The translations under genes and the position numbers were made by a program. The notes under the pieces are model-generated. The model did no database searches, was not told the DNA's origin, and saw nothing but the letters and a program-made list of their open reading frames with translations. Positions 27,560 to 40,894 of a stretch of 64,000 nt of DNA are shown here, piece by piece (position 1 is the first letter of the stretch; every line of letters begins with the position of its first letter). Location of the stretch: NCBI GenBank assembly GCA_012295275.1, contig CM022665.1, positions 26,598,001 through 26,662,000 on the forward strand, in the 5' to 3' direction. The stretch is from Chrysomallon squamiferum. Lineage: Eukaryota > Animalia > Mollusca.

Positions 27560-30500
27560 TTATTCCCCATCCCATGAAGAGGAATAAATTCTAAAACAGT
27601 TTACTGGTTTCATCTTATGTATTGTTAAATAGATAAAACAGATGCAACCCATGTAGAAAGGAAATGTTAATTGACTGGAAATAATGAAACTAAAATATTC
27701 TGTCAACTAATGCATTATTATCATTCCTCAAATTTAGTTAATGATATATGGTCTAAAAGTTCTTTGTACGTGAACAGCAAATATATTTTGCATGCAATTC
27801 ACCAGTATTCAAAATGCTGATTAAGTAAGTAACTGTTTTTCATCACTGAATAGAAATAAAGAATGATGTGTAAAAGGTTGATTTACAACTATGATTAAAC
27901 TTGTCAACTTCTTTTTTCATTAATTTTGTATTAATTTGTTTTGATTTATTGTTTTTTCAATCATATTATTTTATAGTAGTAGAATTCATCAGTTACCTTC
28001 TATTCTCTCACCTCCACCCTCCAAATATCAGATAAATGATTTATATACTTTTGTGTTTGAAAACAAAATTTCTATTCAGGTTAACCTTATAATTCATTAT
28101 TCTAACTGGAATATATAAACTGACATGTATTGTGATAATGAAAGCAGTCACTGTGGAAACAACAATTAAAAGGCAGTATCTAAAATATTATTATTATTAT
28201 TAAAAAGCTATTACTAAATTAATGGCATGGTCCAAAAACACCAGGTGTATAAAAAAATTCTACAGAGTTTTCAAGATCATAGTTCAAGTAACTAATAATG
28301 TTAATCAAGGTAATGGCATCTGTATTCATAGTCAAAATGTTTATTAATATAAATTATCTAGTTTTCACCATTTTATTTGTAAAATTTTGATTTCATTTTT
28401 TCCTGAAAGCTATAGTAAGAATCTTATTTGTAGATGAATATTTTAACCAATGAATTTTTTTATTATTATTCTTGTTTTTAAATCATAGCATTCAGTCACT
28501 TATATTTATTATACTGTTTTTATGTTTGATTAATTTGAAGCCATTATGTTTATTTTACATTTACTTTTGTAAACATATCCACAGACTTAATTATTGCTCT
28601 TAAATATTTATCTGGATTAATAAAAATAATAAATTAAGGTGAAAAATAATAAGATTTAATTATTAAAATCATTACTATTCTGGATTAGTTTCAAATAATT
28701 AAGTCAAATATGCCTTGAGGTTATTACATTTTTGTATTTATTTGAAAAGATGTTGATTTATGTTTTACTTGTTTTTAGTCGACCTACACAAAGAAGCTGT
28801 AATATGCTACTAACAAGTGAATTATTGAAAAACTATGGCAAAGAAAATGTAGAATAATAAAGAAAATATATAATGGATTTAAACAAACTTCACACTTTCA
28901 TTTCACATAAATAATAATTAGATATCACAGAAATGATATAAAATGTTTATTTAATTACAAGATTTACTTTAATCCATAAACAATGTTTTTAATTTAATGT
29001 GTATATATATATATATATATAATTAACCCCCCCAAAAATCTTATTACCTCACAAAAAATAAACTTAAGATTAACACACCATATTAGTAATTCCATTACAT
29101 GGTACACCTTAACTAGCTAATCAACATAACAAATATTCCTTACCTGAAGATAGCCAACAGTCAAATAAATGATATGTTACTTGATGATAAATTAATATAT
29201 TAATTACGAGGATGCTATTTTACAAATAGTTAAAATTAACCAGCACTTACTCTAGCTATCCACTACGTCAAAAGCAATATGAACACTGTGGCTGCCTGCC
29301 CACCTATTTGCCACACCCTGCAGCCAAATTTCTCTAAGCTGACTGACTGCTACTGGTGCTGCTATATACCTGGTGATGCCACACCCTGTGACCAAGGATG
29401 CTAAACAATGATCTTCTATCGATTACTTTGACATCATTAACAAGTTTTTATCTATTCCCACCAACATTTTAAAAGCAGATTTCTAAAACCACAACAGCTA
29501 AGGAAATGATTGGGTGGTTGATTTACTTCTTGATTCAGTTGTTAAAGAAAATATTGTTGAAATCAATACTATACTTCACATCTTTGACACATAATGAAAC
29601 AGTTACCTTTTGCTGGTATTATGGTTCAAAAGCATTTAGATTTGAATTATACATCTAATTTGAAATAGCATAATACAGATTAATTTCACATGCAGGTCAT
29701 GAAAGCTGCTTTCTTATATTAAATTAATATTTTTCATTATCAGAAAATGGGAATTGTGTTTCATCTAATCAAGCAAATTTTGATCAAAGATTTATTTGTT
29801 TTGATATATTATGTATCTATTACAGTATTTTTTGTCCTCCTGATCACAAAAAATGATTTATATTATTAACAGAAATATTACAGTACTACAGTGGTTTTGT
29901 TATTATTATTATTATTTTTTTTTTTAATTATGATTCTTGAAAATATATTTGATGAACAGAGTGTAATATTAACATATCTAGTTACACAAAAACACATTTT
30001 TGTTTTACACAGTACCAAATAACCTATAATCCTGAGAAATACTAATACAGCATTTTGTACCATACAAAAAACACAAACAAATGTGTGTCTATTAATACAC
30101 ACAGGTACATCATCTTTTGTAATTTATTAGCTGTTATACTAACTCTACTATTACATAATTAATATGGTTTAGTTTTATGTAAGCATTCAGTGTTAGGAAG
30201 TCAAGGTTATATGATTAATTACTATTGTGTTTACAAACCTCAAGATTACTATTTCTTAAGTGACAATAAGACTAAGTAAATTCCCAGTCAGCATGATTAA
30301 ATTAGCTCCAAGTGAATGGGAACCTAAATAAACAGTTATACTCTTTGAAAAAAAATAAAATTAGAACAATCAGAAACAGAAATCCTATAAACATATCTGT
30401 CCTTCTTTGTTTTTCTTTCAATTTCCTTGAGATTATTTCCATTAGAAAGATATCTATCAACATTAAATATTACTTTATATCTTAAGTGCAGCTGAGAAAT

Positions 30501-33087
30501 CATTTATTAATATTCGAAAACCCTTTATTTTTCTCTTTTTTTCGGAAGGAATGAAAAAGCAAAACAAACATGAAATCAATAGCTACTTAATGTATGCATT
30601 TGAGAATATAAAACAAATTAACTAAAAGGAAATATTAATTAGAACCCTAGTTAATTAATGAAATCAGTGTAAAGATTTACTTATCAGTATCTGATTACAT
30701 TCTCTCTGAAATTAAGTTTGAAAAATGTGGAGTTTGTGGATCATTAAAGAGGAATGTATTTTTTAATTAATCATATTTAAAAAATCACAAATTATAATAA
30801 CCTGTTCACAACATGTTCTATCATATATATATTTAAATAACATGCTGAGGTCATATCAAACAGTACACCATTATTTCACTCTCACATGTGTGAATGTGCA
30901 TGTTTTTGTGTACAGGTATGTGTTAAAAATCCAAGAATTTCTTTAAAAGTCTTTAAAGACACAACTTTCATTACCGCAGAACAATTGTTTAAAGTGTGAA
31001 AAGCAAAAATAGGTTACACCAAGAAGGCCTTGTGACATTTAAACATTGTTAATAAAAATAGCCTTTCAAATGCAAAGTAGTTTACTTGGCAAATAGGTTT
31101 CATAAGTGTAAGTATTTGAAGAAGGAAATGAAATTTTGCATCTGCTATGTCTACTGCACAGTAAGTGAGCAAGTGTAAACAAGTACAGAGTCTAATAAAA
31201 TATAAAATTAGAAATTCTCTGTCTACACAGTGTTCTTGCAGACAGCCTATAGTTAAGAATAAAATCAATGTTAAATTTGACCAAACAATCTACAATAACA
31301 GAATTCATCTAACACTGTTAAAATTATTCTTTATTCCACTGAAGACGGTCTGGATTCTTCTACTTTTTATTAGTATGCTTACTGCAAAAATCTAATTTTA
31401 AAGTAATGATAAATCTAAAGCTTAAATTTTAAAATCAGTACATCTTTCATTCATATTACAGTTACAGAGATGTTCCTATCACAGAGATGACCAATAGGAA
31501 TCACTTGTTTCTGATTAATAACAAAAAATGCTGAAATACAAAATATTGTGAAATTTAAATTCTAATTCTTATAATATATTTGATATATAAATTGAATCAA
31601 ATGTTATGTTCTTCATTCATAACCAAAAATGAAAATAATTGTGTTGATATACTTACAGAGATATAGCTTCTCTATAGCTATTCCTAAAACAGAAAATTAT
31701 AAAAATGCAGTTTTTCCAAATATATAAAATATATACATAAAAGTCAATAAAAGTAAAGTAATTTTTTGTTATTACTTCCCACCACACTAAACAGCCTAAG
31801 TATACATTTTAACTCTTGGACTAAAACTCAATATCCTGGCCTACATTACAACATGCAAAACCATGAAATGTCATCAGTTTTTGCACATGTGATATGAACT
31901 GGCATATCAGAACTTTAGACTATAATTTTTACATATAAAGTAAACAATTAACCAAAGTCTTTATGGTATTGTTTAAAAAGAATAATAATAACAACAAGAA
32001 AAGCAATTGCATTTCTGGTCCAGATGGGTTAGCTTTTATAAAGAAGTAATATATGAAACAAAAGTAATCTTCATTCTCTAGTCATAAAAATGTCAGTTCC
32101 AGATAAAGAAACTACAGTAAATAAACAATTTTATTTATTGTCAGTGTCACTTCTTGGTTTTTGTTCTGCTAATGTTTTACCAGCCACTATGGTACTTGGG
32201 TACAGCTGTTTTACATTACTTTCTACATTGAAATCCATTTCCTAAATGTATAATTTTCAAATTTTTACCAAAAGTTTTAACAAGATAATGCAGTTGTTAT
32301 GATAAAATAACCGACCAGGTGATAAAAATATCCTCCAACTCCCTATTTTTTAAATGTTTAAATTGTTTTTTAACAATGTCAAAAATAAACATAATCATTT
32401 ATTATTTAATATATTTTTGATAAACAAATTTCTTAAATTTAAATCTGCAGTTTAAGAAAGTTTTAGATTTGTAATGGACTTTACTTCACATTTTTTTAAA
32501 TATACGTTCTATTTATTTTTTTAGTTGAAGTAGAAGAAAGTTATTAAAATAATAATAATAATAAATCCCCCCCCAAAAAAAAAAAAAAAAAAAAAAAAAA
32601 CGGAAGAAAGAAAGAAAGAAAAAGAGCGAAAAAAGAGAATGAAAGAATATATATACTAATTTTTTAATTTCTATTTCATAAATAACGCCCATTTTTACTC
32701 ATTCTTAATTAAAATAAATGTTAAATATCGGACGTTTAAGAAAGTTACTTAAAACAAGAGAAAAAAAATTGGGGAAAAAATGAAAAAATTTAAAAGAAAT
32801 GAAAGAAAAAATAAAAAATTGCTATCTTAAACAAAATAACTGTAAAATATCGGTCGTTTCGAGATTTGGTCCATTCACTTTTAATTCATAATACCGTGTT
32901 AATAAAGGATGTCGAATCAATCAAAATTTGTCTTCTGTACGAGCTTGAACATTTTAATTAATACCTTCTTACGCTTACGTTATATTACCACTCCAAACGG
33001 TTTGTCCTGACGTTTTGTTTAACTTACACTACAAATGATTCACAAATAATTTCTCTGCATTTACACAATAATAATATTTTGAGTTAC

Positions 33088-33250
33088 CTTAATGCTGGAT
33101 TTTTAAATTCTTAGTAAAGTTAGTATTAATTATGTTTCAAGTCTGAAATATGGATAACACTGCATTTCTGTTACCGGCTGCGCACTCAAAATCAGTGCAT
33201 ATCTTTTTTCGCAAAAGAGTTCCTTTAGCGTCTCCTTGCAAAATTTGCTA
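33088..33250 (-). promoter_or_regulatory. Candidate first (noncoding) exon/promoter of the CBM48 gene
   Basis: Minus-strand donor AAG|GTAACT at 33088/33087, close to where CpG-poor sequence changes to CpG-containing sequence. The first coding exon has an acceptor at 16977-16979 upstream of its ATG, implying a 5' UTR exon. Confidence 0.35.
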
Positions 33251-33651
33251 AAGTAATTTTATCATTGTAGCAAATGAACATCGGCATTATATTCATGCAT
33301 TACCAAAAAAAAAAAAACAAGCAGTTTACAATTATAAATTTACAGTTAATTATTAGTAAATGTGGTGAATCTAATGAAACAAAACCTATATGAAATGTTT
33401 TCTTTTTTTAATAATTTTCATAAAACTTTCATTGTTTTGAGATTTGTTTTTTTTATCCATATATATATATATATAATTTTGTTCGTTTGTTAGTTACAAG
33501 AAATAACAAGTGGACAATTAATTTGAAACTAGTATTATAACTTCTTAATGGAAGGGGGAGATTTATTTAATTTAATTTTGGTTTTCCATGGATTTGCTAT
33601 CACACGCATTATTTAGACCTGGTTTCAAAACTAGAACTTAATTTCTGGGTT

Positions 33652-33708
<57 letters not shown>

Positions 33709-34413
33709 TATTAATTCTAGAATATTTAATTTGAAAAATACGTTTGACTTGACCATCCCCCTCACCTAATTCTTTATCTGCTGATAGAAAATATCTGTAA
33801 TAAAAATAAAATAAAAATGTCCAAAAAGTATAATGGTAAACAAGATATTATTTCAGCATTTTATAGCGCTACATAGCTCTTTAAGTCTAAATATCAAACT
33901 TAGACGAAAGAATCTTAATTACATACAATTTGCTTAAAACAGAAATATTAATTCTCTTCTCAGGATTTTATCAGGATATATACGCTCCTAATAAATACAA
34001 CCCAGCGAAGTCTATCAGTTCTGAGATAAAGGTGACCCAAAGGTCAAATTGTATGACATAAGGTTTTAGTCGCGATGTAGAAGATAGGAAACATACCACT
34101 GTCAAAGGAAATTATATCTGTAAACGGATATATCAGACTAATGGGTTCGTTCCAAACAAATGAGTTAAGAGAATGTAAACTGATGAACCAACCATTCGTG
34201 TTCTTGATTTGTTCACAATATGTACACATTTCATGTTTTAAAATTAAAATTATCCATAGTCAAATGCTGTCGTTTGTGTTTATTACTGAAACTATGTATG
34301 TATGTGTGTGTGTTCATACACACATACATACATATACACATATTATTATTGTTGTTGTTGTTTTTGTTTCTGTCTTCGTTTTTAACTACATATTCCATAG
34401 ATCTATATCATAG

Positions 34414-34416
<3 letters not shown>

Positions 34417-34491
<75 letters not shown>
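34417..34491. repeat. (CT)n microsatellite
   Basis: Direct reading. Confidence 0.95.
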
Positions 34492-34494
<3 letters not shown>

Positions 34495-35467
34495 AGATTT
34501 GGTACATTAACATAAACTGTGTGTAACTGTTTGATATTTATCTCCATTCTTAATCAATATTTCGATATGCAATAGGAAACAAAAACAGGTTTAAAAAGCT
34601 TTGGTTAATAAAATCATTAAACTATTTTCTTTCTTTTTTTCAGTTTTATGACACGCCTTTCTTAATTAAATTTGTTCTTTCTTTCTTATATAGACGTTTT
34701 ATACTGTATGAATTTACTGATTCCTCTTATTTTACTGTTTCTTTCATTCTTTCTTTTACGTTAATTATTTGAGAATTACTAACTATACAGAAAGCAGTTA
34801 CTAATTCTCAAATAATTCTCAGTGTTTTTGTTTTCATGTTAAATGATTAGTTAAAATTATTCACGTTTGGCTGCTACTGTAACATCCACTCTGTAAAATC
34901 TATTTTATAATTATTATGTTGAAGTGGGCACCTCGGTTCTGATAACGTAACGAATTTACATTGGTATGAGGGTTGTGTAGGTGCATAGATTTCTTTTGAG
35001 TTTTCTTTTTTTGAAGCGTGATCTGATAAAGAGTAAAATATTTAGTGACAAAATAAAGCATTCGAAAACGGCATTCGTCTTCTTCTTTTTTATTTATTTT
35101 TAATTATTTATTATTATTATTATTATTATTTTTTTTTTTTTTGCAAACATTCAACATTTGTGAAAATGAGGATGCCAATTTGTGAAAAGAAACGAAAAAT
35201 TGTTTTCGTTTAGTTTTATTTCTTTTGTTATTATTGTAATTATTATTATTATTTATTTATTAATTTTTTTTTTTTTTTCTCTCCCCAAGTATAGAGCAGA
35301 AATGACGGATCGTGTAGTCAAGCAAAGCAAACATTGCTAAAGGCATGCAGCGTTAATACTTTTATGAATTTATAATATTTAAGAGTTATGTCCCTTTATC
35401 TAGACTCCCGGGTATTAAATTTGTTCACATACAATATTATTCATTTTTCACATTTATAATTGAAGTG

Positions 35468-35698
35468 CAGTAGCGTGCAGAGGGGGGGGGGGCGAAGGGG
35501 CGCTGGCCCTGGGCATCCAGATGGGGGGGCATCCAATCAAAGAAAAAAACTTAATAGATTTGGTTGATATATATTTTATGTTTCATCTGTGTTTAGATAT
35601 TCAAAATATCTTCTCGGTACTAGGCCTTATACATGAGTCTTTGGGGCATACAATCAAGGAGCTGGCCCCCGGCATCACCAGACCTCTGCAGGCCACTG
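35468..35698. mobile_element. hAT-type MITE, 231 bp
   Basis: TIRs CAGTAGCGTGCAGAGG / CCTCTGCAGGCCACTG. Flanking 8-bp TSD TTGAAGTG / TTGAAATG (1 mismatch), GC-rich subterminal segments. Confidence 0.85.
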
Positions 35699-35956
35699 TT
35701 GAAATGGTTTGCAATATGACATGACAAAATAAAAAAGAAAATTTAAAGTAGAAAGGAATTATAAAATAAGGAAAAGGAAGTAATATCGACGAATAAAGCA
35801 TTAAATAAGGCCTACAGGAACTGCAGACGGGCAAAAACAAAATAATAAAAATAAGAAGAAGAAGAAGAAAAAAGTAAAGGCCTATAAATTCCAAAATGGC
35901 ATATACACTTTAACAGTAACATCCCTAACACATGGTTCATTGCTCAGAATCGTTTT

Positions 35957-35959
<3 letters not shown>

Positions 35960-36040
<81 letters not shown>
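35960..36040. repeat. (GA)n microsatellite
   Basis: Direct reading. Confidence 0.95.
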
Positions 36041-36042
<2 letters not shown>

Positions 36043-36456
36043 AGCACAGTTACCGTGATTACTGACTGATATATATTAGTTTATTTTAAAACATATTAGT
36101 TTTATTAATAGAACAGGTTTACGAATTTTTAAATTTTCTTTTATAACCGTTCGTATTATTAATGTATTCGGGTCATTCAACCCACAACGTTATAATTTTA
36201 AATTAAAAACGTTCCGATGTCAAACTTAGTTACCTTTATATTCTTACATTATCTCTGAGCGCAGTCTAGCGATGATTTTGCCCAATTAAGTTAACATCTG
36301 GGATTTGGTTTCCATTATTTCAATTCGAATATCATTTTTATAGTAACCTCATCTTTCTTTCTTTCTTCCTTCTTTTTTTTTTTTTTTCTCTCAGTATTAA
36401 ATTTAGAAATTTCCAGAGTTTTAGTACAAAACAGAAAATGATGTAGCAGTAGGTCT

Positions 36457-36459
<3 letters not shown>

Positions 36460-36509
<50 letters not shown>
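36460..36509. repeat. (CT)n microsatellite
   Basis: Direct reading. Confidence 0.95.
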
Positions 36510-36513
<4 letters not shown>

Positions 36514-37830
36514 ACTTTGTTGTAATGGTAATAATAAATTATTTTATTATATTCTTGTATAAATTAAGTTATTGTATTTATTTATTGGTGTTGTTATTAG
36601 AAATATTAATTATTTTAAAATATATAAAATCGCAACTGAAACATATTTTTGGTAACCATGCTTTAATATGATATTAGTGTATTATGGCATGTTACAACGA
36701 AAAAATTAGCAGAATATTTAAATAAAATTTACGCATCGAAAACGAATAATACTCATAAATGCCTGACTGTTGTGAGTGTTGTTAGTAGCAAACGCGTTTT
36801 AAGTGTGTAACTGAGAGGCTTACGAACATACGCGAATAATTCCGAAATTATTGTGCGTTTAACTTGAGCAGTTACGAAGAGGGCTGATAGTTGTAGGTAG
36901 TTGATAAGGAAATGAAATCTTGATGTTCTGTACATAAATATATAGTCATGTTATTTTGTGATTACAGATCTACGTTATATAATTATGTATACTGCTTTCT
37001 TTTGTTCCTATAAATTATGGTATAATTTTATTTTTCCCACGGACTATGTGCAATAGATTGCGGTACCGTTTTTGTTTATGGTATATATGTTATTATTCGG
37101 GTCATACCGTATTTCAGGTAATCGACGTTCGAAGTTTTTGATAGCGTTAATAATAGTTTCATTCTATTTACTGTATGTAAATAAGTAGAGCAAACAAGTA
37201 GTTGTATTATTTTAGCAAATAGTAATAGTTTCTGCATTTATGGCAGGAAATTTGTTGTGTTTGGAATTGCTTCCGGGTTTTGCAATAATATGCATGTATG
37301 ACATATATCTATCTATATGCCTAATACGTTTAACCAACCAGATACAAACAATAGAATAAACGTTTTACTAATTATAACATTTCACTGTAATACTGTTAGC
37401 CTTAATCTAGTTCGTAATGTATTGTTTGATATTTATATTATTAAACAAAAATGACATTTAGTAGGTTTGTAATAATTTGATGTCCAAAATTTAATTTTAT
37501 TTAAAAATACTTGTTACAAATCGTTCCTAAAAATCAATAACTGATGCATAAAACTAGTGTGACACCATGGTTTGTCTTTATGTTGAATCTGGTACAGTTT
37601 GTATGTATTGTGTATGGCCGCGGAGAATTATTTGTTTGGGCCAGATAAACGTGGTAGCTGGGTAGAGGTCTATGCAATTTAGATTTGGAAAAGACAAATC
37701 TTTCCCACTCTGTTGCGTTAAATCATCAAAATATTCGAAACGAATAATAAAATTGTATTTGCACAGTAAAATATGTTTCTGACTGAACTGGTTTACTACG
37801 TTAAATTTTCTGTTTACAGTTTCATTAATT

Positions 37831-40800
37831 ATGCCACGACTGAAAGCCAACAAAAAAGTGCTAGAAAAAGCTTCAGTAGCTGCAAAAAATATTCCCTATG
37901 GAAGAAGAATTTCAACCAGGGTAGGACAAAAGAAAGAAACGGCAAAACAGCCATCAAATAATGCTCCAGAGAGTGAAAAAAATGAAGTGAAAAAACAAAT
38001 TACGGGTGGTCATTGTTTTAAATTGTTCAGTAATTTAAAAAATGAAATGGAAGCTTTGGCTGATCCAGTGAAAGCAGTGGCTATGAAGAGTTACATGAGA
38101 GGAAAATTTGAATTTCTGGGTATCCAAGCACCAGCTAGACGTTCTGCAGCTAAGCAGGTGATTCAAAAAGGAAATAACCAAATAAAACTTTAAAAAATAA
38201 AATAATAAAAAATAAAAACATTTGTATAAATACATATTTATTTAATTTATTATTTATTTTTATTATTTTATTATTGTTGTTTTTCCTCATTTTTTTCAAA
38301 TAATTTTCAAGGTCTATTCACAGTGTAAACTATTATGTTTAATATATTTATATATTTTTTAATTTTTATAAACTTTTTATAAAATTTAATTACGATAAAG
38401 TGAGATAAAATAATAGAGCAATATTAGTTTAATAACATTTCACAGCATTTTAATTGCCACTGATCTCAGATTATCAGCAATTTATCTTTTATATCTACTG
38501 AGAGAATAGAATGTAGTGCATGACCTTTGTTTAGTCTGGTCAGCTAATAGTCTAATAAATTGGTACTTCACTTAATGATTCATTAGGCTGGCACTTAACA
38601 TTTGACCTTCAACCTGCACATATAGAAATGAGAGAAGTGAAGAAAAATTAATCATCATGAATTATGTATTCATATCAACTGATCCTTGCTATTCACTCCC
38701 TAAAGATACTTTGAATATCGTTTCATATTTGATCATTGTTACAATGGTTTTATCTCAAAGTGTACAGTACATACATTATCACTGTTTAAAATTTATAATT
38801 GCATTTTAGTGAGTTTCAGTCTTAATAAATAAGTAATTGTAAACATTTTGTACTCTTTGAAATGATGTCCATCTCAAAGACCTTCAAACTTTTTTCTAAC
38901 TGGAGAATATATTATTTGGTTGATGCATACCCAAAACTCATGGCAGGGCTGCTTCAGTTTGGTCAGTTAATGCATGAGTGAAATGTGCACAATGCTTCAG
39001 TTGGAAAAAATCATAATCTTTGAGAATAAAATTTAAAAATTTTGAAAACTTTTTAAAAATTAAAAAAACAACAACAGTTTAACGTCATTTTTAGTATTTG
39101 GGTCAGGATGATTATCATTCTTTAAGGGACTTCTGTACAAATATTGTTTTTATTTTTTTGTATCTGATAGTGTAGAATTTTTTATCACATACACCCAGAG
39201 GTAGGTGTACCACAGTTTGAAAAACTTTTCTATCTCGCCTAAAACACAGTTTTGGGATAATCAGTGTTGAAGTTATTAAAATACATTTTGAAAAAAATGA
39301 AAGTTGTTCATGAGTACAGTTAACTGACATGGGTTAGAACATTTTGTCACTGTATGATCCAAACTAATCCTTTTTTTTTTTTTACCTTTGGTGGTTCTCA
39401 AACTTTCAAAAAACTTTTTTTTTTTTTTTTTTTTTTTAGTTTGTTGCAGATTGTAAGAAACTGAATAATCAACAAATTAAAGAATTAGTTGACATATTGT
39501 GGAAACAGCCAGAAAGAGAGTACCAGTTTGTTGCTTTGGATGTTTGTGAAAAATGTTTGCCTGTATTATGTAATAAAACTGAAGAAGACAATTTGAAGAC
39601 TCTGTTATGGGTGAAATCTATGATTCTTACAAAGAGTTGGTGGGATACAGTGGACTGTCTGGCTGGTAAAAGTAAAGTTCAAATAGTTTTCTTTGACATT
39701 TTTTTCTTTTTTATTTAGTTTCTTGTTATTCAAATACATAAATAAGATGTGGTAATGTTTTGGTGGTTGAGAATGTGTACCTATCACCATTTGTTATTAA
39801 ACAGAATACTGAATAACATAGTTTAGATTAAATTAAAAAATAAAAATGTTTGTCCTTTTTTAAGTAATTAGTGGTATTAAAGAGGTATCAGACATTTCAT
39901 GAATAAATTACTTTTTTTAATTAATGTTACTTTGTGCTATGTATTGCATATATAACATTAGGAAATTAAAAACTATTCTTGACACCTAGCAGCAAAGGAT
40001 CTTTTATTAACACCTTCCCATAAACTGGGAAACACATACAAAACCTTTGATAAAACATTTATGGGATTTTGGCTACAACTTAAAAAATGATTTACTGGAA
40101 GAAAACAGAATAATAATAAGCTTCATAACTGCTTAGAATTCCATATTTTTCTATTTCCAGTGTAATTTTGAATTTTTTATTGTGTGAATTTTTGTTTTGT
40201 TTTTTTCAACAACAGTTGTTGGAGGATTGATATCTCACAATCCAACTATACTGAGTCCAGTAATGGATGACTGGATCAAAAATGAGAATATGTGGTTGAG
40301 GAGAACAGCAATTCTTCATCAACTCAAATACAAGAACAAAACAGACCAAGACAGGCTTTTTAGGTAAATTTGACCATATTCTCCATATATAAACTGAAGT
40401 GGAATGAGTTTATGTGTGTTGTAATCTCTTCTTTATTTGATAATGTGTTTAGTTAACATATTTGGTTGAAAAGTTTAAACTTGAAGAAAAATAAAAGATT
40501 AATTGTCTTGAAAATTCTGAGTTTCCAGTATTTTCTTCTCCATACCACCTTTCCAAATGTTGGAAATACAGAATACCATTTTTACTTTGTGTTAAAATCA
40601 GTTAGTTTTGATGTTCAGTGTTTCACTAAAAATAATTTTTGTAACAATTATAATATAGGACAAAATTGTTTAAATGTAAACCTGTCACTAATATACTGTT
40701 TATACTTTATTTAATTTTATTTTAGATATTGTCTAATGTGTGCACATGAAGAAGAATTCTTCATAAGGAAAGCTATCGGATGGGCACTGCGTTCACATTA

Positions 40801-40894
40801 TTATGTCAACAAAAATGCTGTTCGTAACTTTGTTGCCAAGAACAAATCCAAGCTTTCTGATCTCTCTATTAAAGAAGCTTTGAAACATGACTAA
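37831..40894 (+). CDS. alkD: AlkD-family DNA alkylation repair enzyme (HEAT-like-repeat alkylpurine DNA glycosylase), ~291 aa
   Basis: Exons 37831-38157, 39440-39671, 40216-40363, 40726-40894 (876 nt, all GT-AG). Motifs AMKSYMRGKFEFLGIQAPARR, LWKQPEREYQFVALD, TKSWWDTVDCLA, WIKNENMWLRRTAILHQLKYK, EEFFIRKAIGWALR and LSDLSIKEALKH match bacterial AlkD. Confidence 0.93.
39987..40074 (-). mobile_element. Degenerate SINE core fragment (MetaSINE-like, from recall)
   Basis: tagcagcaaaggatcttttattaacaccttcccataaactgggaaacacatacaaaacctttgat resembles the reverse complement of a conserved SINE core seen in molluscs. The family assignment is from memory and unverified. Confidence 0.4.

Noticed and set aside
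34417-36509. (CT)n/(GA)n/(CT)n tracts as a designed fold-back structure
   Set aside because: Complementarity is inherent to common microsatellites and the flanks do not pair.
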